Of a stretch of DNA of 64,000 nt, positions 10,201 to 21,785 are shown piece by piece. The position numbers and the translations under genes were made by a program. The stretch comes from Heptranchias perlo (lineage: Eukaryota). How positions within the stretch are numbered: position 1 is the stretch's first letter; each line of letters opens with the position of its first letter. The stretch covers positions 10,106,001-10,170,000 of the forward strand of contig NC_090332.1 of NCBI RefSeq assembly GCF_035084215.1, given 5' to 3'. The notes under the pieces were generated by a model, which searched no databases, was not told where the DNA came from, and was given only the letters and a program-made list of their open reading frames with translations.

Positions 10201-13200
10201 GCATGGGTGACTCAATGATTCTACTCTTCCTTCCACGTCACTCCTCAAATGATTGTGCTTTACTGCAGCTGGCACTTTGTTCTGGTAAAAATTTGAATCT
10301 TGTTGGCATTTTAAGGTACAGACTCCCATTCCTTCGCTGTGTACCACGATAAATAGTTACTGATTGGTGCTTCAAAATAAAACTAGGCAGTTGTCGGCAC
10401 TTCAGAAATATCTGCGGAAGCATTTGCTAAAATATTGAAATAAACATTTAGTCCCTAGAGAAACGTTTGAATGGACAGTTGGAGGTGGTGCACTGCGACT
10501 TCTTCAAGCTGGATCCAATTGGTCGTGGCCCAATGAGACCTCCTGCCATGTTATCTGAAAAACTTTTCAATGATCTGGGAATATCGGAGGTTGCTTGGAC
10601 TGCAGGTGATTATCTCTTTAGAAATCTCTATCTGTTTTACTGAACTGAGTTGAGCAATAGTCATTTTGAATGTTTGAATTTGATTCAACAATGTTTACAT
10701 TGTAAAGATGTGGAGATGCCGGTGATGGACTGGGGTTGACAATTGTAAACAATTTTACAACACCAAGTTATAGTCCAGCAATTTTATTTTAAATTCACAA
10801 GCTTTCGGAGATTTTCTCCTTCCTCAGGCAAATGTCAGGCATTTGCCTGAGGAAGGAGAAAATCTCCGAAAGCTTGTGAATTTAAAATAAAATTGCTGGA
10901 CTATAACTTGGTGTTGTAAAATTGTTTACATTGTAAAGAATAGTAACCTGAACTTTATATGAAGGCTAACTGAGTAGTAATTTGGTTGAAAATCCACTAG
11001 ATGGTGTTCGAGTAACATTGTTCAGGCAGCAATAACTAATTATTGCAAACGTTATCAATTTGACCTTAAAAAAAAATGTATATTGCACCTTTAACATGTG
11101 TTCTATGGTAACACTGCGATTGACTGGAAGACTTGAGTGTTAAATTGACCTTTTTGCATACAAAGGTTGTCAGTTGGAAGATTTAGATTTAATGATTTAG
11201 AATTTTTAAATAGTACTTTAATAAATTGTGTGAGATTTATGCACCTTTATAGATGGGTCACCTTTTCAACTAGGCAAACCCTTCTGAGGGTTTTGGTTGG
11301 TGGGGTCTTCAAGATTTGAAAAAACAGTATTTTTTTGATTAACATTTTTGTTGTCTTAACCCACTTCTTAAGTCCATCCTTAACTCCATTATTTTATCTA
11401 TCTGCGGCATTATGTTTAACCTGCCCTTTCTCCAAGGTTTATGAGCACGTCAGTTGGGCCCACTGCAGTTGGTGTCAGCACCCCAAGGTTAGGGAGGGGA
11501 AAGTTAACCGAGGTTCCTGCTCCTGATAGCTATCCAGCAGCCTTCTATGTGGATGGTGGGTGAGGACCGGATCGGGCTTGGGCGTTTGTGCCCCCATAGT
11601 CGGCTAGTCTGCTGACGCTGTGGAGGCTCACAGGTGAAGTCTGACCACTTGGTTGATATATAGGACAGTACCTCACACTTGTGGAACCATATCCCAGCAA
11701 GGAGTTAACACCCTCAGGAGAGAATAAGGTGGTTTGGTGGGGGGGGGAGGTGGGCGAATAAGGTGGTATGGGCATGGCATGAATGGATTTTGATTTGTGC
11801 TTTAGACAAATTTAAGTATTACATTTTGTTAGATTTTTAAAAAATATATAGATGGACTATTGTATTAAGAAATTCCAGTTCTCTTTCCTAGATATTCCAA
11901 TAAAAGTAGTTGGAATCTTTCCACAAAAAAATGAACGGAATATGCTTTGGAAGCTTGTTTATGCTTTGTTCGAACGGATTTCCGTGTTTCAGCATGGGAG
12001 AATAGAAATTAACATGTTCATCAGTGAAAAAGAATACACGGTATGTTTAGTGATCTCTTTGAAGCCCTTGAAACGTCCTCTTGTGAGTCGTGCTTTGAAT
12101 TCAGTTGTTGAAATTGAGCATTTTATTATTATTTGTAGAAGCTGACAGCAGAGCCTGGAAACCTGAAACATTATCAGGCATTGAGTGCTTTGTGGCAGAT
12201 GGCTTGTGAAATACAGTTGTTGCACAAGGTGAGAATTTGTCTTTGTGTTTGTTTTTAATACCAAGAGTGTAAAATGTGGACAGTGCTTTTATTTGCAGTT
12301 ATTTTAGTTCTCTTTAAGTGACCGGGGGTTCTCTTCATACATACACTTTAAATGGAGGTGAAGTATATGAAACACTGATGCTTTTCCTAATGGTCATATG
12401 TAGTACAAATCACATCACTGCATCACATCTTTCCATTGCAAACTGCAACTGGACTCTGGCTTTGTTTGGGGTGGTCTACTCGAGGATCCACTGCCAGAGT
12501 TTGGAATGTCATTACCATGAAAACACTCTGGGGTTAAAGTGGTCCCAGTGTAACCTTGTATTCTGTTTGATGTGGACCTTCATATTTATCACCACAATGC
12601 AGATTGAATGGGCTCAAGGGTCTGAGCTGAAAACAATCTGGCATTGGGATTCCCATTCGGTTTTAAGACCTGCAGATGGGCAATGCACTTGCCATTATTT
12701 GAATTGTTTGTATTTTTACTTCCTTTGGTATGATGTAGGGTTTCAGCTTACTTTACCTTGTTTCCTCTTTTTTTTTAATAGTAAAAACAGAAATGATTCG
12801 GAGCACTTTTTTTGTAACCTACTGCACTCTGTCTGTAACACATTGTATCGAGTTTTAGAATAGCTCATATACTGGTCTACTGTTTGATACCCCCAGCAAA
12901 TTATATCAAAATTGTTTTTTCATTCCTCTTAATGTTAAAATGATTGAGGTTTCTGGAAGTGCATTTGGTTTTCTGAAATTGATGTATATAACTGGCTGTA
13001 GCTTTTGTTAGGTGTGCAGTTTTTTTACAAAATTGTTTGAATGCAGCCATTTGGCTTTTTTTTTAAATGGATAATCTTGCTGATGAATGTTACAGATTTG
13101 AATTGTTCAGATTCCATTCAGTGTATTTAAACATGTGAAGGAATTGTGAACCATTGCTAGCAATAACCAAGAAAGGGATCTTGTGGTATATTTTAGCATC

Positions 13201-16200
13201 AGTGAAAAGGCAGATAAGGTACTGAATTAGCAGAGAGAAGAGTATAAAGCTAAAGCAGATGTATTATTGCTGTATAAGACACCAGGCCCCATCTAGGTAT
13301 TGATATGCAATTTTGGTCACTTTTTTTTCACAAGGAAAATATTGCCAAGAGGACACTGAGGCTCACAACAAAGATAATGTTTGGGTATTGGGAGTTTGTT
13401 GTGAAGAATGTTGATGCCACTATGATTGGAATAGATTTTTTTTTTCCAATTGAAGTTTTTGAGATTGTGAACTAAATCAACAAAATTGATCAGGCAAATT
13501 GTTTACTCTGGTGAAGGGGATGCAAGTTTAAAAATTTAGGAAGTTAAAGTAAGAAGGGAAGTCAGCTGGAATATTTTAACCCAAAGGGTAAAGATTTAAA
13601 ATTAATGATCAGGAAAGGCCTTTTGAAATGGACAGTATAAATGGTTTCAAGAGATCATTAGAAGAATTTCTTGGGCTAGTGTACAGTAGGAATCTAGGTA
13701 GATGGTTCTAAGGTATGAAAAATAGACCCACTGACCATTTCCCAAAGATTCTTGTTTTGATTCAGTTATGAATTCTGAGCAAAATCACTACTTAACACAG
13801 AATATTTAGAAATGAGTAATTTTAAACATACATGCTACTTAATAGTGCATTAGGCTTAACCGACAAATGCCATTTTGAAAACCTTAAAGTCCCCAAATGT
13901 ACCACGTTACACATCTTTATTGTTAAAATAGATGTATTTTCACGTTCAGGTCAAAAGTAAGCAGTTCATAAAATGGGTTGTTTTCCTACTTTTGCATCCT
14001 TATTTAGAATAGTAAATCAGAATTTTTAAAATTTGCATTACTGTTGAAGTGGTTGGTTCTGCAAGTGCATTTGGCTTTCTGGACTTTGTAACTGGCTGCA
14101 ATGTACACTACGTGTGCAGTCTTTGTTTTCCAAAATAGCTAGTTTTAATTGATCCATTTGACCTCCTTCTGTCTCTTTTTCCCTCCTCCCCTAAGTGTTC
14201 AGTAGCCCTTCGCTCACTCTGAGGAGGGACTCCCTCTCTGGTGGTTCTTGCATCATTTGAGCACTGCTGATTTTTATTGCTGCACCAAGTTGGCTAGCTG
14301 TGCACTGGATTTCCCTAAATTTTGAGATTGGGGTATTAGCCTTCATTGAGTACTTCACTGAATAAAATTGCAGTAGCAGCTTATGTCATTAAGCTTCAAG
14401 CAGCCAACTGGGAGGAGAGAAGAGGCTCATTCAAGTCTCAAGTTTCTTTTGCACACATGTAACAACTACTCAACACAAGTAATCTGATTTATGTATTTAA
14501 CATTTTAAACCTGCTTTGTGCCCACAGTGTGAACCTTTTATGGCAGAGGTGAGGTGATGCATCACAATAATTTCAGCAATGTAGATAAGGTGGCACTTTT
14601 CTAGGGACAAGAAATGTTGAACATTAAGATTATAGGGGTACTTCAATTTATTCTTACTGAGAATGCTTATGCATAGTTTCTAACATAGCATAGTGTACCT
14701 GCACAGTTTGGCTTAGTAACTCCTCCAAGCAAATGTCCCTTGATTGCAGCATAGTTCATTGGCATCCATCTGTGGTGAAAACAAATGTATTTAACTTGTT
14801 TAAAACAAACCAATCACATCCTGTTTTAATATTGGACCCTGTGATACTGAACTGATAGCTACAACCTGCTAACATAAATAGAAATAAACTGAGACTTGAC
14901 TTCTGTTTTGTTGCATTGGCGTTTGACTGGGGACTTACAATGATCTCCTCATGCTGGTTTCAAAGATCTCATGCCATTGAAAAATAGATATGCTAGTTTA
15001 TCATCTCATTTGCTGTTTGTGGGATCTTGGATTACGCCAGCTGACTGTTGCATTGAAACCTGTTGAAATGGTAACTACACTTCAAAAGTAATCTATTGGT
15101 TGTGAAGTCCTGGAGACGTGATAAAATATAATATTAATGCAAATTCTTAACCATTACAAATACTTGAAAGTACCCAGCCATTATACTGCAGTTGTGTTCC
15201 CCAGTGTAGGGCTATTTGGTGCCTCCAGAAGTAAGACATTTTATCAGGTAGAATTATCTTAATATTCCAACATTTCTAGTAGGAATACCACAATTGTAAT
15301 GTAATGTTTATTGTTTTGAAGTAACAAATATGATTTCTAAATTTAATATTGTTTCTGTTTTAGGAGCCTTGGTCATCTTTTGTTACAAATTCTAAAAATG
15401 GTGCATGTGGAATACCACGAAGTGCGGTAAGCTTTTAGTTTGTCTCGAGTGTTGTGAAGTACAAATTCTTAGAATGAATTCTGCATCTTCATTGTTCAAA
15501 ATGGTTACAAATAACTCCCATTCTTCAGTTTGTACGTAGAATTAAATGCTTCTTCAAATGGGGAGTAATATCTGGGGCGCTATCCCTTTTTAAGAAATAA
15601 ATCGGTGGCCACAAAACACCAACTCTGATCAGATTGGTATTTCTCACCCTGTTGTATGTAACAATGTAATTCTGAATTGCATCTTGGTTCTTTTTCTCCA
15701 TATTACGAACATTGGTTTTCACTCTGCACCCTCAAAAATTGTCTGTTTAATGGTTCATTTTATACTTGGCTAGATACTCTTGTTTGTTTTGGTGGTTTAG
15801 GCTTTTGAATTGTTCTGCTTTGGTGGTAAAGGTATTTGGATTTTCAGGGTGTTAACCACCTTCTACTGGAATTCCTCTCAACCTACTTCCTAATGTATGT
15901 GTTTACTACTTAATTTTATTTTTAAAAGATATGCTGGGCCCCAGTTAATTTATGTTCATTTTATATGAAATGGTCTTCATTTTTGTACATTCAAAATGGA
16001 AAGCCAATTGGAATGGGTTCCTTTTGGTATTCCAGCTACTTTTATACTTCTACCATGTTTTTATAATTATTCATTGTTTAACAGGAAACTAATCCTGTTT
16101 AGAAAAATAGGATTTCAGCTTCAAATATGAAATTAACCATATTGTCTCTCTTGAAATTTCTGTAGCTAACAAATGATCATTTGTGTCTTGTGCGACTGAC

Positions 16201-18268
16201 TCCACGCAGAGACTTATTTAATCAGACTTTGACAGCTGCCAATGCGTCCACGCTAGTTGTGATGCTGAAGCAATGCCTTACAAAACGCAAAGCTAAACTA
16301 ATTGATCGACTGGAGTAAGTATACAGTACTTTCCCAAGTTGGGCACTTTCTTGGGGAAAATCTTTTTTGGGGCAAGGTTCAATTTTCTCTTTCTCATCTC
16401 CTCCCTGTACCCTCCTGAGGCAGGGAGGTGGACCCATCAGATGCTGTCAATACCTTAAGTGAGTATAGGATGTCGTGGAGCTAGGAAAGTATTGCTCTGA
16501 GCCAAGAGTTGGCAAAACTCGTCCACTGGAAGTTCAGGCGCTCCCCAAGAGCAGTGTGACTTAAAGAAGTTTTTTCTTCCCCTCAGGCTCGTATTCAGAA
16601 TCGTATTGTCTCTTACCTGATCATCTTGTACTCGGGTATTTTATAGTTTGAAATTCTGATGTTGGGGGGTGGGGGGGGTTTAAAATAAACATGGTGTATC
16701 ATCATTGTCCATATTTCCTAAATCAGGTTATAAACTGAGGCATAGTGAATTTTTTTAACGTATAATTGGGCATAATGTAGCTTAATAACCAGTGCTGCCC
16801 GATGGCGTATATAAAGAAAATCAGGATAATATCCTGACAAGATATTCTTCAAGGCCATGAGACAAATCCTTAACCCATTACCGTGACTCCTCATCAAGGA
16901 AGCATCAGGGATTCAGAAGCGAGTTTATGCCTAGGAGTTAAATGATGCCTAAATTTGGCTCGGCACACTGTCTTGGATCCACCAGTTCGGATTATATAAA
17001 CAATTGTACTACCAACCTTCCATCAGGATCCACACAAGCTCTTGAGTGAGTTAATCCTTTCTTGGCAATAATGAAAGAAGTCGTCAGACACAAAGTCATT
17101 TAGTAACAGTTGTTTATTAACTGTAGAATTATAGTTACCAACACTTAATTGAGTGCAAATAATTAGTGGATGGGGTTAATTAACTAAAGGTTACAATGGC
17201 CGTTCAGTTATGTCACATTAATTAATCAGTAATTGCTTGCTGTTTATAAATTGAGTCTGAAATTGATATAAATTGGTGAAATTAATTTAGGATTAGACTC
17301 CTTGGCTAGCTGACAAGTTAACAGCTATAGATAGTCAGGCCTATTGAATAGATTCAACTTCATTTGCTTGCAGTTAGCAATGTTTCTAGAACTTACACAA
17401 TCTCCTCCTTTTGAGCTGGCGTGCATGAACTGGTTTCCTTGTCTTCCTCTGGGAGGATGATAGCCTTCTGAGATGTCAGACTGATGAATCTCCATTTTTC
17501 TACATTAAAGACACTATATAAATGCATGTTGTTTTTGTTCTCATCCGTAGAGTTGTTATGCATTTCTCCTAGATCCTCTGCTTCTGAGTGAATTTGTTTC
17601 CTGCATTGGTAGCAGCTTAAACCTCACCTCCCTTGATCTCAGGGAAATTTGTGCATTGAAGTGACGCACTTGCTTCTGTCTGTTACAGCTGTACAATCTC
17701 AATCTGATTACTGACTCCATTTTGAGGACACATTTAAGGCAATTCTTTGAGCATTTCACCTATACTTAGTCAGTGCAATGCCAAAACTATGCTTGACTGA
17801 AATGTGTAACTTCAAAATCCTCGCTTCCCTCCCATGTAATTGCTGATATTGCTCAGTGAATTTTAAGCAGTAATCCAATTTAATTTCAACACTGCTCATC
17901 TTATGAACAAATTAAGCTCCACATTTGCACCTCAAGAGTTGGATTTATGCTGCACAATATAATAAAACATATGTAGTTTATTAAAACATAGTGAATGTCA
18001 ATTGGCCTTTTAAACAAAAATCCTTTTTTTAAGAAGTAATTTGATCCAAAACTTTGTTTTTAAATCACTATATAGGTCTTGGTGTCCTGGAAGTGGGGAG
18101 AAGTTATTGAAGCAGCTGGATTTACCAGAGAACATATTAACAGGTGATGTGTATCCAGAGGAGTACAAGCAACTCTTTGAAGCAATGGAGCACTCTCAGG
18201 AGTTCAGTCATAGCTGGTTATATGATGAGGTCTTGGAGAACATAAATTCTACAGTATCACATATCTGA
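6864..18268 (+). CDS. TFB2M: Mitochondrial transcription factor B2 (dimethyladenosine transferase 2, KsgA/Dim1 family); 8 coding exons, 437 aa
   Basis: join(6864-7287,7377-7468,10452-10605,11892-12040,12139-12228,15364-15426,16166-16314,18076-18268) = 1314 nt, all GT-AG introns, phases consistent. Motifs [58 protein letters not shown] and WLYDE match recalled vertebrate TFB2M. Confidence 0.95.
7377..7468 (+). CDS. TFB2M: TFB2M coding exon 2 ([31 protein letters not shown])
   Basis: ccttag|GC...CAG|GTATAT; completes SAM-binding motif I. Confidence 0.93.
7985..8210 (+). mobile_element. CR1-type LINE 3' end
   Basis: Translates to [31 protein letters not shown]...GKRAGEW*, then the tail gctgaatggccttctgtgctg. 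A similar tail occurs at 5700-5785. Confidence 0.75.
8590..8845 (+). mobile_element. Degenerate Deu-domain SINE
   Basis: gacttgagc...gcacttcagtac...gcactatttgaagaagaccag and an L2-type tail; same family as 43220-43650. Confidence 0.6.
10452..10605 (+). CDS. TFB2M: TFB2M coding exon 3 ([22 protein letters not shown]...VAWTA)
   Basis: tttag|TCC...GCAG|GTGATT; 154 nt; absent from the ORF track and translated by hand. Confidence 0.93.
10709..10930. mobile_element. Fold-back Penelope-like mini-insertion: perfect 91-bp inverted repeat with a hammerhead-like core
   Basis: Arms 10744-10834 and 10840-10930 are exact reverse complements with spacer tcagg. The 17-bp direct repeat tgtttacattgtaaaga occurs at 10692-10708 and 10923-10939. 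A sister copy lies at 28962-29083. Confidence 0.8.
10841..10881 (+). ncRNA. Putative minimal type I hammerhead ribozyme (mirror copy on the - strand at 10793-10833)
   Basis: AUUUGC-CUGAGGA-A-GGAGA(AAA)UCUCC-GAAA-GC-UU-GUGAAU. Core CUGANGA/GAAA/UH, 5-bp stem II, 6-bp stem I (two G-U pairs), palindromic AAGCUU stem III. Confidence 0.55.
11450..11725 (+). mobile_element. Ancient SINE (AmnSINE2-like, from recalled consensus)
   Basis: gggagggaaagttaaccgaggttcctgctcctgatagctatccag...ggtgaggaccggatcgggc...ggaaccatatcccagcaaggagt. Related copies at about 6460-6700, 24200-24350(-), 38050-38350(-), 59540-59780, 60700-61080(-) and 63480-63720(-). Confidence 0.5.
11892..12040 (+). CDS. TFB2M: TFB2M coding exon 4 ([11 protein letters not shown]...EKEYT)
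   Basis: ttcctag|AT...ACG|GTATGT; 149 nt. Confidence 0.93.
12139..12228 (+). CDS. TFB2M: TFB2M coding exon 5 ([30 protein letters not shown])
   Basis: ttgtag|AAG...AAG|GTGAGA; 90 nt. Confidence 0.92.
13200..13760 (+). mobile_element. Highly degenerate CR1 3' fragment
   Basis: Remnants such as ctgtataagacaccaggccccatctag...caattttggtcac and tttaacccaaagggta. Confidence 0.45.
15364..15426 (+). CDS. TFB2M: TFB2M coding exon 6 ([21 protein letters not shown])
   Basis: ttttag|GAG...GCG|GTAAGC; 63 nt. Confidence 0.9.
16166..16314 (+). CDS. TFB2M: TFB2M coding exon 7 ([18 protein letters not shown]...LIDRL)
   Basis: ctgtag|CTA...GA|GTAAGT; 149 nt, ends in phase 2. Confidence 0.9.
18076..18268 (+). 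CDS. TFB2M: TFB2M last coding exon ([11 protein letters not shown]...[17 protein letters not shown])
   Basis: tatag|G TCT TGG...TGA ending at 18268. Confidence 0.92.
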
Positions 18269-21156
18269 GTGTATAACTTTAGGAAAAAACTGTCCTGCTC
18301 CTCCAATCTCTGACAGTGCAGTGTGACTGCTAACTACATCCGAATCACTGGAGACCTTCAAGTGCTTTTATGTGTTACTAAAAGTATGGTCCATTTCTAG
18401 TTCAAAATGATATTCAGTGCACCCTGTCAGTGAAATCTCCATGTTGGCTTCAATCTTGATATTGTAGACCATACTAATCAATATGCCCTCCATATATATT
18501 ACAAGGAAACTGTTTGACATAAAGGCAGTTTTGAGGGGTTTAGTTCCCACGCAGAGCTCAGTTGACAAATATGAGATGAGACACAACAGTGAAGAGTACA
18601 TGTTCTACAGAAGTACAGATTGCAGTAATAGTTTTTTTTAAACTTGTGCAAAAACTGAATTTTATTCAAATTGATTTTTTTATTATAACATTGTACTAAG
18701 ATGTAATATTCCCAAATTAAATATTTTGGATCAGTAGTGAAGTTTTTTTAATAATTGGAGTCTGTTAAATTTTGGTTAAGAGGGTACTCAATGTTGAAGA
18801 AGCACATGTTTGCTTATATGATTATGGAAGGTCAAGTGCCTCATGAACAAAAGGACCATAACTAAGTTACAGGAATGTTGCCGAATATAAAGTGAATTGA
18901 ATTACAATGAGCAAGAATCAGATGACTAAAAACCAGTGGTGCATGTGTCACTGTTAACAGTTGTGATTTGCAAATGGCATTTTATTTTTTAGCTATAGAT
19001 ATGTATAGTTAACAGTGGTGCAATCAAATTTAGCACAACTGTTGTACAAAGGTTAATACCAATTAAATCTGTTCTTGACAATCTGAAGATTTCCATAGCT
19101 TTATGGCATTTAGTTTGGACTTGGTTTTTGGTACGTTCTTGAATACGCTGATTGTTTTTGTCAGCTGTAGCTTGTGTAACGGCATCAATTGCAAAGTTTT
19201 TCACTAATGATTTTAAATAAATTCCCTCATCAGTTCTGGTCACTAATGCTTTCAGCTGGGCGAATTTTTAAATTCAAGGAAATGGTAATATCTGTTGTCA
19301 TGCTTCCATGAACATTGAATGTAAAGCAATAAATTTTCCTTGTATGGGGTTCATGTCACATCTAACACTGCTGTTTTGTTGTATTTGTGTTTCGTATACT
19401 TTCTCAGTCACATTACCGAGCGGCTGAGGTAATGCTGCATCTTGAATTTGTTACATGGGTTACAAAAGTTTAATACTTCATTTTACATTGGCATCATTGG
19501 AAGCAAATAAACAGGGGCTTCATGCCCTCAAGTGCTTTTTGTCACTTCCACTGTTTTTTTATTTTGCTTTTACCAGAAAACCTTAAGGTACATGAAGTGG
19601 ATGTGAATCTTGCAAACAACACAGGTACTGATGCCTGTGTACTCCAAGGGAATCTCTTTGATTTTCTTTTTCACATTTGTGGAGTGTCACTAAGATCTGG
19701 AGGAGTCCTTCAAAAGTATTTTAAGTAATTTGTGTTTCTTTCATAGAATTGCTCCTGGTCTGTGGGTGTGGAAGTAGAAGTAAAAGATGATGGGTTGAGG
19801 GTAGTGGGAGGGTGCAAGCAGAGTTGCGCTAATGTGGAAAGAGAGCAACGGTATGTGGTACCACCAGACCTGGCTCTGAGGTCAGAATGGATAGATGGAT
19901 CAAGGCAATACCATTTGAAGAGGGAAGATTTATTAATTTCTGTGTATAATTTATTTACAAATAGTAATGAAATGTGGGCTTTAAATAATACCATCCCTGT
20001 TTAATTTTAATAGTAGCTGGGATGTGAGAAACTTGCGTATTGCACAGCAATGTCTTTTTTACCATTCTCTGGTTGTGTTTTTTTTTAAATCCAAACCCAT
20101 ACATTTGTAACACTGAACTAATCAAAGAACAGGCACTACCCTCCATTTGAATTAAGCAAAAAATTACTGCATTATGCTTGCAGAAGGGTAGGCACATAAA
20201 ATTATACAGATTTGGGGTGTGATGGTATGAACTACTTTGGACCTAGATGACAATACGTGTTGACTGCTGGAGTTATTTCTTTGTAAATTTAGTTTTGATA
20301 TAGAAACTTTCCTGGTGTTGTGCAACTAAAATCTCACATTTAAGCTAGTTAATGCCACTATTCTGTTGAGATATCCATTGTACATGGATCCTTGGAGCGA
20401 TGGCTTGTCACCTTTTTGAGTTGTTAAAATTAAGCCATAACAGTGATGAAATTATTCCAGGATATTGAAGTTCAGAGACGTGAATAGAACATACAACATC
20501 TTTGTGTGGAAACAAAGTATTGGACTGTTGACCAGAGGTCACCGGTTACGGTTATTGGCTTAGTACAAAGAGACGTTCAATTCTCTCTTAACTCAATTCT
20601 CTTTATTCACGTCGTTAGATCATATACATATAGCTTATACGTCTGGTTAGATATAGACATGCAGTTTGCACCAGGTTATACAGTTTTATACCCAAACTCT
20701 GATCTAAACGCACACCCACTAGGTTTCTCTAACACTCCCTGAGTGGTCACAGAATATAAAGGCTAATACCCGAAAAGGAGAGCTGATGCTGGCTAGATGT
20801 TCCATTTTCGCTCTTGCTCTAGCTCTCGACGTCGTCTCTACGTCCCTGACATAGGTTCTTCCACTTCCGTGATGGTTGGTCTCCGGAGTCTTCGCTGGCT
20901 CCACACCCGAGATTCTTCATTCTTATTCCGAATTTTATCTCTTCAAGCTATGCTGTCTCTCTCTCCCGTTGGTTTAGGCTTGCTCGCCTTGTCCATGTCT
21001 TCTCCACATTGGCTCTGTCCCAAGGACTTAGGTAGCATTACCTCATTACTCCTTTTCTAAATAAGGACTTGTGTCTTATCACATCTCCTTTTGTCTTTCA
21101 CAAAACTTAGCTAATTCAAACCGGTTCCGGAGTCAGCTCAGGCCAGCGACTGAACT

Positions 21157-21292
21157 CATAAGAACATAAGAAATAGGAGTAGGCCAATCGGCCCTTCGAG
21201 CCTGCTCTGCCATTTAATAAGATCATGGCTGATCTGATCCTAACCTCAAATCTAAATTCATGTCCAATTTCCTGCCCGCTCCCCGTAACCCC
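21157..21292 (-). mobile_element. Young CR1 3' end with TSD
   Basis: Near-exact reverse complement of 23603-23742; aactca repeated at both flanks (21153-21158 and 21294-21299). Confidence 0.85.
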
Positions 21293-21310
21293 AAACTCAG
21301 GTTACTTCAG

Positions 21311-21785
21311 TTTCAGTTTGCAACAGAATGCAACATAATTTGGAGTGAAGTCAGACACCCTTTGTCTTGGCCTGGTTTCTATTTGAACATAAGTCCCAGT
21401 TGCTTTTGCCTGTGTGTCAGCAGTTTGGAATAAACTCAGTAGTTTATGCATCCCCTGGCCAATAGTATATCATGCATTCAAGGATTACTTCTGCTGATTG
21501 GATTTCCATAATACTTTGATAAATTTTTCACAAAAAAAAATACACCAGTTCCATGTTTCTCCAAACTTGTTTTCCCCATTATCTCCTCCCAGTTTTATCT
21601 CCTTCCTATAACTTTAGATAAAGCATTTTTGATGGTCACTGGCATGCAAGATCATGAGACTACCACTGGTAATGTTTAACAGTAGATGCTAAAGCACTGG
21701 GACTTATGTTCAAATAGAAACCAGGCCAAGACAAAGGGTGTCTGACTTCACTCCAAATTATGTTGCATTCTGTTGCAAACTGAAA
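21311..21785. repeat. Perfect 90-bp inverted repeat pair with 295-bp spacer
   Basis: 21311-21400 is the exact reverse complement of 21696-21785. Confidence 0.92.

Noticed and set aside
12318-12863. 181-aa ORF in a TFB2M intron
   Set aside because: Non-ATG start, no recognisable domain, composition typical of a chance ORF.
18269-19520. Exact TFB2M poly(A) site
   Set aside because: Several candidates (ATTAAA at about 18776, AATAAA at 19328 and about 19506); it cannot be chosen without transcript data.
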